Under the pieces are notes generated by a model. That model was given only the letters and a program-made list of their open reading frames with translations, did no database searches and was not told the DNA's origin. A program made the position numbers and the translations under genes. A stretch of DNA of 64,000 nucleotides, from assembly GCA_049325315.1 (NCBI GenBank), contig JBMONB010000083.1:156257-220256 (forward strand), given 5' to 3'. The DNA comes from Bacillota bacterium (lineage in GTDB: Bacteria > Bacillota > Sulfobacillia > Symbiobacteriales > Symbiobacteriaceae). This document shows, piece after piece, positions 17,462 to 25,139 of the stretch (its first letter is position 1; each line of letters opens with the position of its first letter).

Positions 17462-18107
17462 TTCCCTCCTGCTCGGCCAACCGTAAGGGCGCCAGGTAGC
17501 GGACGACCAGGTCTGCCTCCTCCGGCCGGGTCACCTCGCCGTGCAACCAGAAGCCATCGGGCAGGGTGGTCAGGGCGACAATGGCCTGAGCCGGCTCCCG
17601 CAGGATCGGATGCGAACCCACCATCATGGCGTCGAGCGCTGCCACCGAGACCCCTAGCACGTGGGCCAGGACAACCCTGGGGAGGGTAGCGCATTCACGC
17701 CCGATCAGGCAGAGCACCTCACGCATCCGCCCTGCGGGGCTGAGCGCCTTCCAGTCCGGGAGATTGGGGCGCCCCTCGGCGATGGCCAGGGCAACGGCCC
17801 GCGCCATACCGGCACAACCCGTCGGGTTATCCCGGTAGCGTGGGACCTGACCGCGCGCATAAGCCGTGGTCACGTTGAGGATCTGCACCCAGGCGGCCAG
17901 CACATCGGAACTGACCTCCTGCTTGATGCCGCGTTCCACCTCGCTCTGGTACCCAAGGCTCGGCCCTCCCTGGTCGTTGACCCAACGCATTGTCAACTCC
18001 TGCTGCTCTCGGGCCCACTGGAGCAGGTCACCATGAACCTTATCTCCCAAAGATGCCATCTGTTTCCGTCGCTTCAAGGGCGATTCACCTCCCCTATCAT
18101 TTTCCAT
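17403..18107 (-). CDS. XRE family transcriptional regulator with two HTH-like modules
   Basis: The N-terminal module is HTH_XRE-like (LLQWAREQQELTMRWVNDQGGPSLGYQSEVERGIKQEVSSDVLAAWVQILNV). A second HTH-like segment is LPRVVLAHVLGVSVAALDAMMVG. The start is taken at ATG 18107 (MENDRG); a start 16 codons downstream (MASLG) is possible. Confidence 0.65.
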   Translation of the reverse strand: MENDRGGESPLKRRKQMASLGDKVHGDLLQWAREQQELTMRWVNDQGGPSLGYQSEVERGIKQEVSSDVLAAWVQILNVTTAYARGQVPRYRDNPTGCAGMARAVALAIAEGRPNLPDWKALSPAGRMREVLCLIGRECATLPRVVLAHVLGVSVAALDAMMVGSHPILREPAQAIVALTTLPDGFWLHGEVTRPEEADLVVRYLAPLRLAEQEGITPEEMTAWIRRRRRRVSS

Positions 18108-18443
18108 TTTCCTCACCCACACATTAACATATATATCTTGAAAAATCAAGCACTTGGCTGTACATTCTGGAAGGAAATATGCTGTCATCATGTAAGGTGG
18201 AAATTACAAAGCAGGGGCACCCTCCGAAAGAGCGTCCCTGCTTGTTGCATTGGTCAGAAAGTTCTATTGACTATGGGGCTTTTGTGCGGACCGAGTGGTA
18301 TGGCGGGTTACTATCCAGCCGGCAGGCTTACGCCTATAATATCGACAAGTTCGATATCGGATTGAATTTAAATAGACTACATCTATTAAGCCGTTCGGGA
18401 AAATCTATTGGATTCGGTGTCCCTTAGAAAGGAGAGGTAAAGC

Positions 18444-18641
18444 ATGGTGAACAGAGCTTGGGCATCATCTACACCGTACGCCCGGTGCCTGATGGGTGCA
18501 ATCCTTCTCAGCGCCGGAACCCTCCTCGGCCTGCTCGCTGCCACCGTGGCAGGGGCGGGGGAATGGGTCTTCGTCGCCATCGGCGCTGTGGGCCTGGCGG
18601 CCATCGGCTACGCCATGATGAAGGCCGAAGAATGCCGCTAG
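18444..18641 (+). CDS. Small membrane protein, 65 aa, two predicted TM helices
   Basis: SD AAAGGAGAGG lies 7 nt upstream of the ATG. The hydrophobic segments are CLMGAILLSAGTLLGLLAATVAG and WVFVAIGAVGLAAIGYAMM. A strong terminator follows. Confidence 0.65.
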   Translation: MVNRAWASSTPYARCLMGAILLSAGTLLGLLAATVAGAGEWVFVAIGAVGLAAIGYAMMKAEECR

Positions 18642-18666
18642 CCCGGCCCTCCCGCACACGTCGAAC

Positions 18667-18697
18667 AAAACCCGGCTCTGCGAGAGAGCCGGGTTTT
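18667..18697. terminator. Bidirectional rho-independent terminator between convergent genes
   Basis: A 13-bp stem AAAACCCGGCTCT / GAGAGCCGGGTTTT with a GCGA loop. There are A/T tracts on both sides. Confidence 0.85.
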
Positions 18698-18712
18698 CTC
18701 TGTGGCGATCAC

Positions 18713-20716
18713 TCAGGCCTGGGGCTGCAGGTAGTGCTGGAACCAATCGCCGATGGTCAGCAGCCGGTGGACCCGGTGCCAGGGTCGGCCCCCCCGGCTC
18801 ATGCCGTGGGATTCGCCGGGGTAGCGAACGAACTTTACCGGGCGGCGCAGCTTGCGCAGGGCCACGTAGAGCTGTTCGGCCTGCTCAACCGGGCAGCGGT
18901 GGTCCTCCTCCTGGTGCTCGATCAGGAGCGGGGTCTGGATCTCGGTGACGTAGGTGAGGGGGGAGATCCGCTTCCAGGGGGTCTCATCTTCCCACGGAGC
19001 ACCCCACTCCTCGATCTGATCGTAGGCGATGTCCGAGGTGCCCCACATGGTGAGCCAGTTGGAGATACTCCGCATGGTGACGGCGGCCTGGAAACGCTTT
19101 GTGTGTCCTACTATCCAATTGGTCATATACCCGCCGTAGGAACCACCGGCCACGCCCAGGCGCTCCGCATCCAGCCAGTCGTACTGCGCCAGGGCGGCGT
19201 CGACGCCGGCCATCAGGTCCTGGTAGTCGACGGTGCCCCAGTTCGCTTCGGCCAGCGCCCCGGAGAACGCCTCCCCGTAGCCCAGGCCGCCCCGGGGGTT
19301 GGTGTAAACGACGGCAAAGCCGAGGCTGGCCAGGTACTGGAACTCCAGGAAGTAGGAATGGGGGTACATGGCGGCGGGCCCGCCGTGAATCTCCAGCACC
19401 GCCGGGTACTTTCGGCCCGGCTCGCGGCCTGCCGGCTCCACCAACCAGCCGTCCACCTCGGGGGCGTCAGGGCCGGCCCGGAAGCGGAAGCGGTGTACCG
19501 GGGCGGTCTCCACCTGCGCCAGGAAGGCGTGGTTGGCATCGGTCAGCCGCCGCAGCCCGCCCTTCTCCAGCCGGTAGATCTGGGCGGGGTCATCCACCCG
19601 GCCCACCGTGAGGGCGAAGCGGGCACCATCGGCCGAAACCGAGCCGCCGAAGACCACCTGATCGCCCTCGGTCAGGTAGGCGACCTCACCGCTGGCGACG
19701 TCGACCCGGGCGAGGTAGACAGCGCCGTGATCGCTCATGGGCAGGTAGATCGCCGAGCCATCGGCCGCCCAGGTGGGATCGAGGCCGCCCGGAGGGGCCA
19801 TGTCGACAGCGGCGGCTATGCCCACCGGCCGGTCATGGGCGGCGGTCAGGCAGCGGACCTCGCCGCCCTCCGCCGGGACCACATAGAGCCGCATATCCGG
19901 CGGGGCATGCCGGCGGTTGGGCCGGCCGACGAAGGCGATCTGGCTGCCGTCGGGGCTCCAGCGGGCGCCGGTGGCGACCAGGCCCTCGGGGCTCAGCCGG
20001 CGGTACTCTGCATCGGGTACCGGTAGGGAGGAGGGCTCGGCGGGCACCACCCAGATAAAGTGTCGCCGCTTGTCCTCGGCATCTTCCTCGCGGACGGCGG
20101 CCAGGCTGATCCACTTGCCGCAGGGCGACCAGGCGGGGCTCGTGTGACCGAACGGCCCGCCGGTCAGCTGCCGGGCCTCGCCGCTCTCCACATCGACGAT
20201 CACGATCTGGGGCTTCTTGTCGCCGGGAAAGCCCATGCCGTCGACCTTATAGTGCAGGTCTGTGATCACCTTCACCCCAGCGGTGAACTTTTTGAAGTAG
20301 TCCTGCTCACCCTCGTTCCTCTCCGGCTCCAGCCCATTGGGCCCGAGCAGCGCTGTCAGGGCGATCTTGCTGGAGTCGGGGCTCCAGACAGCGGCGCCGC
20401 CGCAGCCCTTGTTTCGGGTGAGCTGCCAGGCCTCGCCACCGCCGGTGGGAAGCAGCCAGACCTGCCCCCCACGGCTGAAGGAGAGGTAGCGCCCATCGGG
20501 CGACCAGCGGGGGTTTGAATCCTTCTCGCCGCCGGTCAGGGGCACGGGCTTGGCGCCATCGACCAGCAGCATGATCCGGGAGCCGTAGTCGTTGGACTCC
20601 TTGCGCATGAAGCTCTCGACGTAGGCGATCCGGCGGCCATCCGGCGAGATTTGGGCGTCGCCGGGCAGACGGAACTGGAACAGGTCTTCGGCCGTCAGGC
20701 GGCGGCGAGTGGTCAA
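18713..20716 (-). CDS. S9 family serine peptidase (prolyl oligopeptidase / acylaminoacyl-peptidase type) with an N-terminal beta-propeller
   Basis: A 667-aa ORF with PD40/TolB-like repeats (SPDGRRIAY, SPDGRYLSF, SPDSSKIAL), nucleophile motif GGSYGGYM and C-terminal YPGESHGMSR. Confidence 0.85.
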   Translation of the reverse strand: MTTRRRLTAEDLFQFRLPGDAQISPDGRRIAYVESFMRKESNDYGSRIMLLVDGAKPVPLTGGEKDSNPRWSPDGRYLSFSRGGQVWLLPTGGGEAWQLTRNKGCGGAAVWSPDSSKIALTALLGPNGLEPERNEGEQDYFKKFTAGVKVITDLHYKVDGMGFPGDKKPQIVIVDVESGEARQLTGGPFGHTSPAWSPCGKWISLAAVREEDAEDKRRHFIWVVPAEPSSLPVPDAEYRRLSPEGLVATGARWSPDGSQIAFVGRPNRRHAPPDMRLYVVPAEGGEVRCLTAAHDRPVGIAAAVDMAPPGGLDPTWAADGSAIYLPMSDHGAVYLARVDVASGEVAYLTEGDQVVFGGSVSADGARFALTVGRVDDPAQIYRLEKGGLRRLTDANHAFLAQVETAPVHRFRFRAGPDAPEVDGWLVEPAGREPGRKYPAVLEIHGGPAAMYPHSYFLEFQYLASLGFAVVYTNPRGGLGYGEAFSGALAEANWGTVDYQDLMAGVDAALAQYDWLDAERLGVAGGSYGGYMTNWIVGHTKRFQAAVTMRSISNWLTMWGTSDIAYDQIEEWGAPWEDETPWKRISPLTYVTEIQTPLLIEHQEEDHRCPVEQAEQLYVALRKLRRPVKFVRYPGESHGMSRGGRPWHRVHRLLTIGDWFQHYLQPQA

Positions 20717-20730
20717 ATCTGGGTTCCCCC

Positions 20731-22797
20731 TTACCGCTTCAAGTACTCGTCAAACCACTGGGTGATGTTGACGAGCCGGTGGATCCGGTGCCAGGGCTTT
20801 CCGTTCCGGCTCATGCCGTGCGACTCGCCGGGGTAGCGGATAAACTTGACCGGCTTCCTCTGCACCTTCAGCGCCGCATAGAGCTGCTCGGCCTGCTCAA
20901 TCGGGCAGCGCAGATCGTTCTCCTGGTGCTCGATCAGGAGCGGGGTGTTGATCTTGGAGGCGTGGAGCAGTGGCGACTGCTTGAGGTACGGCGCCATGTT
21001 CTGCTCTTCCCACCAGTTCTCGGTGCCAAACTGGCGGATCCGGTTGTAGCCGGTGTCCGACGAGCCCATGGCCGACCAGCGGTTGACCACGGAGCGCATG
21101 GTGACCGCCGCCTTGAAACGATCGCTGTGGCCCACGATCCAATTGACCATGAAGCCGCCGTAGGAGCCACCGGCCACGCCCAGGCGGTCGCTGTCGACGA
21201 AGTCGTAGCGCTCCACCGCCGTTTCGATGGCGGCCATGACATCGGCGTAGTCCTTGTTGCCCCAATCCGCCATGATGCAGTGGCAGAAGTCCCGGCCGTA
21301 GCCCTGCGAGCCGCGGGGGTTGGAGTAGACCACGGCATATCCCTGCGCCGCCAGCCAGTGGAACTCGAAGAAGAAGCCGCAGCCGTACATGCCCATGGGG
21401 CCGCCGTGGATCTCCAGCACGGTGGGGTACTTCTTCGCCGCCTCGAATCCGGCGGGCCGGAGAACCCAGCCGTCAACCGGGGGTTCGCCCTCGCCGGCCG
21501 AGAAGAGGAAGCGCTCGGGCTCGCTCCACTCGATCTGGCTGAAGAGCTCGGCGTTGTGGTCCGTCAGCCGGATCTCGGTCACGCCGCCGCCCTGGAGCAC
21601 GGCGCAGCAGTTCGCCACCCCGGGCGTGGCCGTGGGCTCGTCCAGCAGGGCGAGGTAGACGTCGGCAGGGGACATGGGCACGGCGTAGGCCAGGGCGGCT
21701 CGCCGGCAGTCGGGGGTGAGGGAGAAGGCGTGAATCGTCCGGTCGCCGGCGGTCACAGGCACCACGGCGCCGGTGTTGGCGCCCACCTTCACCAACTGGA
21801 CCTGGCCCGAGTCTGAAACGATCCCGTAAATCCAGCGCCCGTCGGGCGACCAGGTTAGCTCGCCACCGGCGGGGGCGGGCATATCGGAGATGCACTCGTT
21901 GACAAAGCCCCGGTCTAGATCGGCTGCCAGCCGGCGGATGGCGCCGGTACCCCGGTCCAGTAGGTAGAGGCCGGCAAGGCCGTAGCCGTTCTCTGTCGGG
22001 TCGGTGCCGATAAAGGCCACCTGGGTGCCGTCGGGCGAGACGGAGGGGGTGGAGGCGGAGAGCTTGCCGTCGCCCGGGGTGAGGCGGGTCAGGTCGCCGC
22101 CCTCCCTCGGCACGTACCAGAGGTCCACATGCCAGGGCTCGTGATCGCCGTCTTCCAGCCGGTTGGCCGAGAAGACGAGGCCGGCCCCGTCGGGGGTCCA
22201 GGTCGGGTTGATATGGTTGAAGTCGCCGCTGGTCAGCTGGAGCGGCTCGCCGCCCTCGGTGCTGATCACGCAGATCTGCGAGAACTTGTCGGTGTAGAAG
22301 CCCACGCCATCCATCTTGTAGAGGAGGCGGGTGATCACCTTGACATCGCTGTTGTACTTCTTGTAGAGGTCCTTCTCCTCTTCGTCCTTCCCCTCAGGCT
22401 TGATACCATCCTTGGTGAGGGAGGCGGTGAAGGCGATCTGGCTGGAGTCAGGGCTCCAGACCGGGTTTGAGGCCCCGCCCTTCACCCGGGTCAGCTGGCG
22501 GGCCTCACCGCCCTCCAGCGGGAGGAGCCAGATCTGGTTGGAGCCGCTCCGGTTGGAGACGAAGGCCAGGTACCTGGAGTCGGGCGACCAGCGGGGCTGG
22601 CTGTCCTTGGCGCCGGTAAAGCGGATCGGCGCCTGGCCTTCCCGGGCGATCCAGATGGAGGTGGTGTACTCGTTCTTCTCCTTGTCGATCTCCTGGAGCA
22701 CGTACGCGACTCGGGTGCCGTCGGGTGAGATCTGGCAGTCGCCGGCCAACTTGATCGCCAACAGGTCCTCAGCCTGGAGCTTGCGAAGGGTTGTCAA
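20731..22797 (-). CDS. S9 family serine peptidase, paralog 2
   Basis: A 688-aa ORF with the same architecture (SPDGTRVAY, SPDSRYLAF, GGSYGGFM, YPGESHGMSR). It lies 14 nt upstream of paralog 1. Confidence 0.85.
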   Translation of the reverse strand: MTTLRKLQAEDLLAIKLAGDCQISPDGTRVAYVLQEIDKEKNEYTTSIWIAREGQAPIRFTGAKDSQPRWSPDSRYLAFVSNRSGSNQIWLLPLEGGEARQLTRVKGGASNPVWSPDSSQIAFTASLTKDGIKPEGKDEEEKDLYKKYNSDVKVITRLLYKMDGVGFYTDKFSQICVISTEGGEPLQLTSGDFNHINPTWTPDGAGLVFSANRLEDGDHEPWHVDLWYVPREGGDLTRLTPGDGKLSASTPSVSPDGTQVAFIGTDPTENGYGLAGLYLLDRGTGAIRRLAADLDRGFVNECISDMPAPAGGELTWSPDGRWIYGIVSDSGQVQLVKVGANTGAVVPVTAGDRTIHAFSLTPDCRRAALAYAVPMSPADVYLALLDEPTATPGVANCCAVLQGGGVTEIRLTDHNAELFSQIEWSEPERFLFSAGEGEPPVDGWVLRPAGFEAAKKYPTVLEIHGGPMGMYGCGFFFEFHWLAAQGYAVVYSNPRGSQGYGRDFCHCIMADWGNKDYADVMAAIETAVERYDFVDSDRLGVAGGSYGGFMVNWIVGHSDRFKAAVTMRSVVNRWSAMGSSDTGYNRIRQFGTENWWEEQNMAPYLKQSPLLHASKINTPLLIEHQENDLRCPIEQAEQLYAALKVQRKPVKFIRYPGESHGMSRNGKPWHRIHRLVNITQWFDEYLKR

Positions 22798-22920
22798 GCA
22801 GTCGTCCTCCCAAAACAGAATGGGCGCGCGAAGGCGCTCTTACCTGTTAATAGTTCACAGTGTAAAGTGATTGGCCGCACCCCGGGGGGATTCCTGCCAC
22901 CTGGCTCCGTCTTCGGGAGA

Positions 22921-22948
22921 TGAAAAAGCCGGGGCGCCAGGCCCCGGC
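22921..22948 (-). terminator. Rho-independent terminator after kynA
   Basis: Stem GCCGGGGC / GCCCCGGC with a 5-nt loop. It is followed on the minus strand by TTTTTCA. Confidence 0.75.
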
Positions 22949-22955
22949 TCCGGGT

Positions 22956-23732
22956 TCAGAGGATGGATCGCAGCGCCATCAGTTCGGGGAAGCAGCGCTG
23001 GCGGGCGGTCCGGTAGAGGTAATCGACGCCCTCGCCGCCGGTCCCCACCTTGCTGCCGATGGCCCGCTCTGCCATGATGGCGTGGTGGGTGCGCCAGAGC
23101 AGCAGCGTATTGTCCAGGGCGGTCAACTCTTCGGAGAGGTCGCGCAGGTCGGGGTGCTGCCCGCGGGCGTACATGGTCTGGAGCGCCTGCTCCACCCGTT
23201 CGGCAGCGGCAGGGTCAGCGGCAGCGGTTGCCCGGTTCTCCATGGCGTAACCCCTTTGCCGCATGGCGGCCACAAAGGCGTCCCACAGGTTCGGCTCCTG
23301 AAGCCGCCGGTCGATGCGGGCGCGCTCTTCTGCCGTGAAGGCGGGCTGGTTGAGGGTGGCGAGGCGATGGCACCCCAGCAGGACCTCCAGTTCCCGGAAC
23401 TGGGCGGACTGAAAGCCGCTGCCGCCCGTGAGGCTGGGCCGGAACTGGGCGTAATCGTACGCTGTCATCGTCTCCAGAAGGCTGAACCCCTGGTCGAGTA
23501 GCTGCACCGTCTGGGTGGAGCGGCGGAGCAGCCGGACCGCCCGGCCCAGGTTGCCGTGCAACGTCTCGTCCCGCACCGCCTCCAGTTCGTGCAGCAGCAG
23601 TTTGAACCAGAGTTCACTCACCTGGTGAACGATCACGTACTGAAGTTCGTCGTGGTGGTTCGCCAGCGACAGCGGCTGCTGCAGCTTGAGCAGGGGGGCG
23701 ACGTTCAGAAGCTCGCCGTAGGATGGGCTCAT
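22956..23732 (-). CDS. kynA: Tryptophan 2,3-dioxygenase
   Basis: YGELLNVAPLLKLQQPLS...HDELQYVIVHQVSELWFKLLLHEL is characteristic of TDO. The start at 23732 has GGGAGG 7 nt upstream; the ATG at 23750 is an alternative. Confidence 0.8.
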   Translation of the reverse strand: MSPSYGELLNVAPLLKLQQPLSLANHHDELQYVIVHQVSELWFKLLLHELEAVRDETLHGNLGRAVRLLRRSTQTVQLLDQGFSLLETMTAYDYAQFRPSLTGGSGFQSAQFRELEVLLGCHRLATLNQPAFTAEERARIDRRLQEPNLWDAFVAAMRQRGYAMENRATAAADPAAAERVEQALQTMYARGQHPDLRDLSEELTALDNTLLLWRTHHAIMAERAIGSKVGTGGEGVDYLYRTARQRCFPELMALRSIL

Positions 23733-23810
23733 GCGGTGGCCTCCCATCATCTGGGTCTTCCTCTTCCGATTCGAGGAGTCTAATCTAACCTCTTCCACTC
23801 TTTCCTTCAT

Positions 23811-23848
23811 CTAAGAGAGAAGCACCAGCCTGAGGAGTGGCTGGTGCT
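23811..23848 (-). terminator. Rho-independent terminator after the TusA-like gene
   Basis: A 10-bp stem AGCACCAGCC / GGCTGGTGCT with an 8-nt loop. It is followed on the minus strand by TCTCTCTT. Confidence 0.7.
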
Positions 23849-23900
23849 TCATGTCTATGCGTCGGAGGACGCCGGGTATGGCAGTGCGGCCATGGGGCGC

Positions 23901-24128
23901 TTACTTGATCTTCTTGACCACGATCTCCTCATGTCCGTCATGCTCGAAGACACCGATAAACTCCTGCCCGGCCTTCTGGGCCCAGAGGGGAATATCGCGC
24001 TTGGAGCCGGAATCGGTGGAGAGAACGGCGATCGTCTGCCCTACCGCAGCGGACTTCACCGCCCGGATCAGCTCCATCATCGGACCGGGACAGAAGCTGC
24101 CGCGGGCATCAATCTGAATATCGGCCAT
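23901..24128 (-). CDS. tusA: TusA/SirA-family sulfur carrier protein
   Basis: A 75-aa ORF with the N-terminal CPxP motif ([14 protein letters not shown]). Confidence 0.8.
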   Translation of the reverse strand: MADIQIDARGSFCPGPMMELIRAVKSAAVGQTIAVLSTDSGSKRDIPLWAQKAGQEFIGVFEHDGHEEIVVKKIK

Positions 24129-24143
24129 CGGTCACTACCTCCT

Positions 24144-24560
24144 TTAGATGAAGAGGGTCATCTTGCCTTCCTTGGCAGAGTCGATGAACTCGCCCACGCC
24201 GGCGATGCCGTCCACCACATCTTCCAGGTCCTCCAGCTTGAGGCCGAAGAGGTCCATGGTCATGCCGCAGGCAAAGACCCGCACGTTGCCGAGCTCCTTG
24301 GCGGTGCGCAGGGTGTCGAGGAAGCTGGGGACCTTCTTCTCCTGCATGATCTGCATCATCATGGGGCCCATGTGCTCGTATTCCTTGCTGATCGGCAGGC
24401 TCTGGGCAGCGCCCTTCTTGAAGGCCATCAGCCCCCAGAAGGTGAGGAAGACTTCCACGTCTTGCCCCATCGCCACCGCACCGGACGCCATGATCCCCAC
24501 GGGCAGAAGCTTGTCGACGGTACCGGAAAAGACCACCATGGAAAGCCGCTCTTGAGACAT
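24144..24560 (-). CDS. DsrE/DsrF-like sulfur-relay family protein
   Basis: A 138-aa ORF. SMVVFSGTVDKLLPVGIMASGAVAMG...VFACGMTMDLFG has a DsrE-like fold signature with a conserved Cys. It lies between the DUF1641-like and TusA genes. Confidence 0.65.
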   Translation of the reverse strand: MSQERLSMVVFSGTVDKLLPVGIMASGAVAMGQDVEVFLTFWGLMAFKKGAAQSLPISKEYEHMGPMMMQIMQEKKVPSFLDTLRTAKELGNVRVFACGMTMDLFGLKLEDLEDVVDGIAGVGEFIDSAKEGKMTLFI

Positions 24561-24573
24561 AGGGGTACCCTCC

Positions 24574-25128
24574 TTACGAATCGGATTTCATCACGCCGGG
24601 AAGCCTTCGGGCAAAGGCCAACATGAACTTGAGCACGAACTGAAGCTCCTCTTCCCTGGGCGCCTGGAGGAAGTCGAACGGGCCGAGGAAGCTCTTGTCG
24701 GCGGCAGCGTCGTTGCGGGCATCGTTGAAGGCCCGCAGGAAGGCGGGGGCCCGCTCGGGAACGCCCGAGGCCTGCATGGTGTCGATCAGCTCCATGAAGA
24801 TCTGAGCGCTCTGGGCCATGCGGGCGACCATGGAGTCGCTCACCGTGATCTTGGCGGCATGGATCACCTCAGCGAGATCGATCATGGTATCCAGGGCGCC
24901 GGTGCGGCTCATCTGGTCGAGCCGGCGAATCGTTCCGGTCAGGGCCGGGGCCGAGCGGCGCACTTGCTCCAGCAGCTCCAGCACCTCGGGGCTGACCAGG
25001 ATATCGATCGCCCCCGCCGACCGCTCGGCCAGCTGGGCGGCCCGGTCGATCATCCCCGGGGTGAGGCTGGCGGCGGCAGCACCGCCCACCGCGGTCAACG
25101 GATCAAACGGCTGCTTCTTCTCATCCAT
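24574..25128 (-). CDS. Hypothetical helical protein (DUF1641-like by context)
   Basis: A 184-aa ORF immediately downstream of the SQR-like flavoprotein. The family assignment is recalled from typical gene pairing and is not verifiable here. Confidence 0.5.
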   Translation of the reverse strand: MDEKKQPFDPLTAVGGAAAASLTPGMIDRAAQLAERSAGAIDILVSPEVLELLEQVRRSAPALTGTIRRLDQMSRTGALDTMIDLAEVIHAAKITVSDSMVARMAQSAQIFMELIDTMQASGVPERAPAFLRAFNDARNDAAADKSFLGPFDFLQAPREEELQFVLKFMLAFARRLPGVMKSDS

Positions 25129-25139
25129 GGGATCACCCC

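Noticed and set aside
18179-18427. An 82-aa plus-strand ORF in the AT-rich XRE intergenic region.
   Set aside because: It has no SD. It starts inside the rejected N-terminal extension of the minus-strand XRE ORF (upstream of the called start at 18107). It spans promoter- and palindrome-rich DNA and has no recognisable features.
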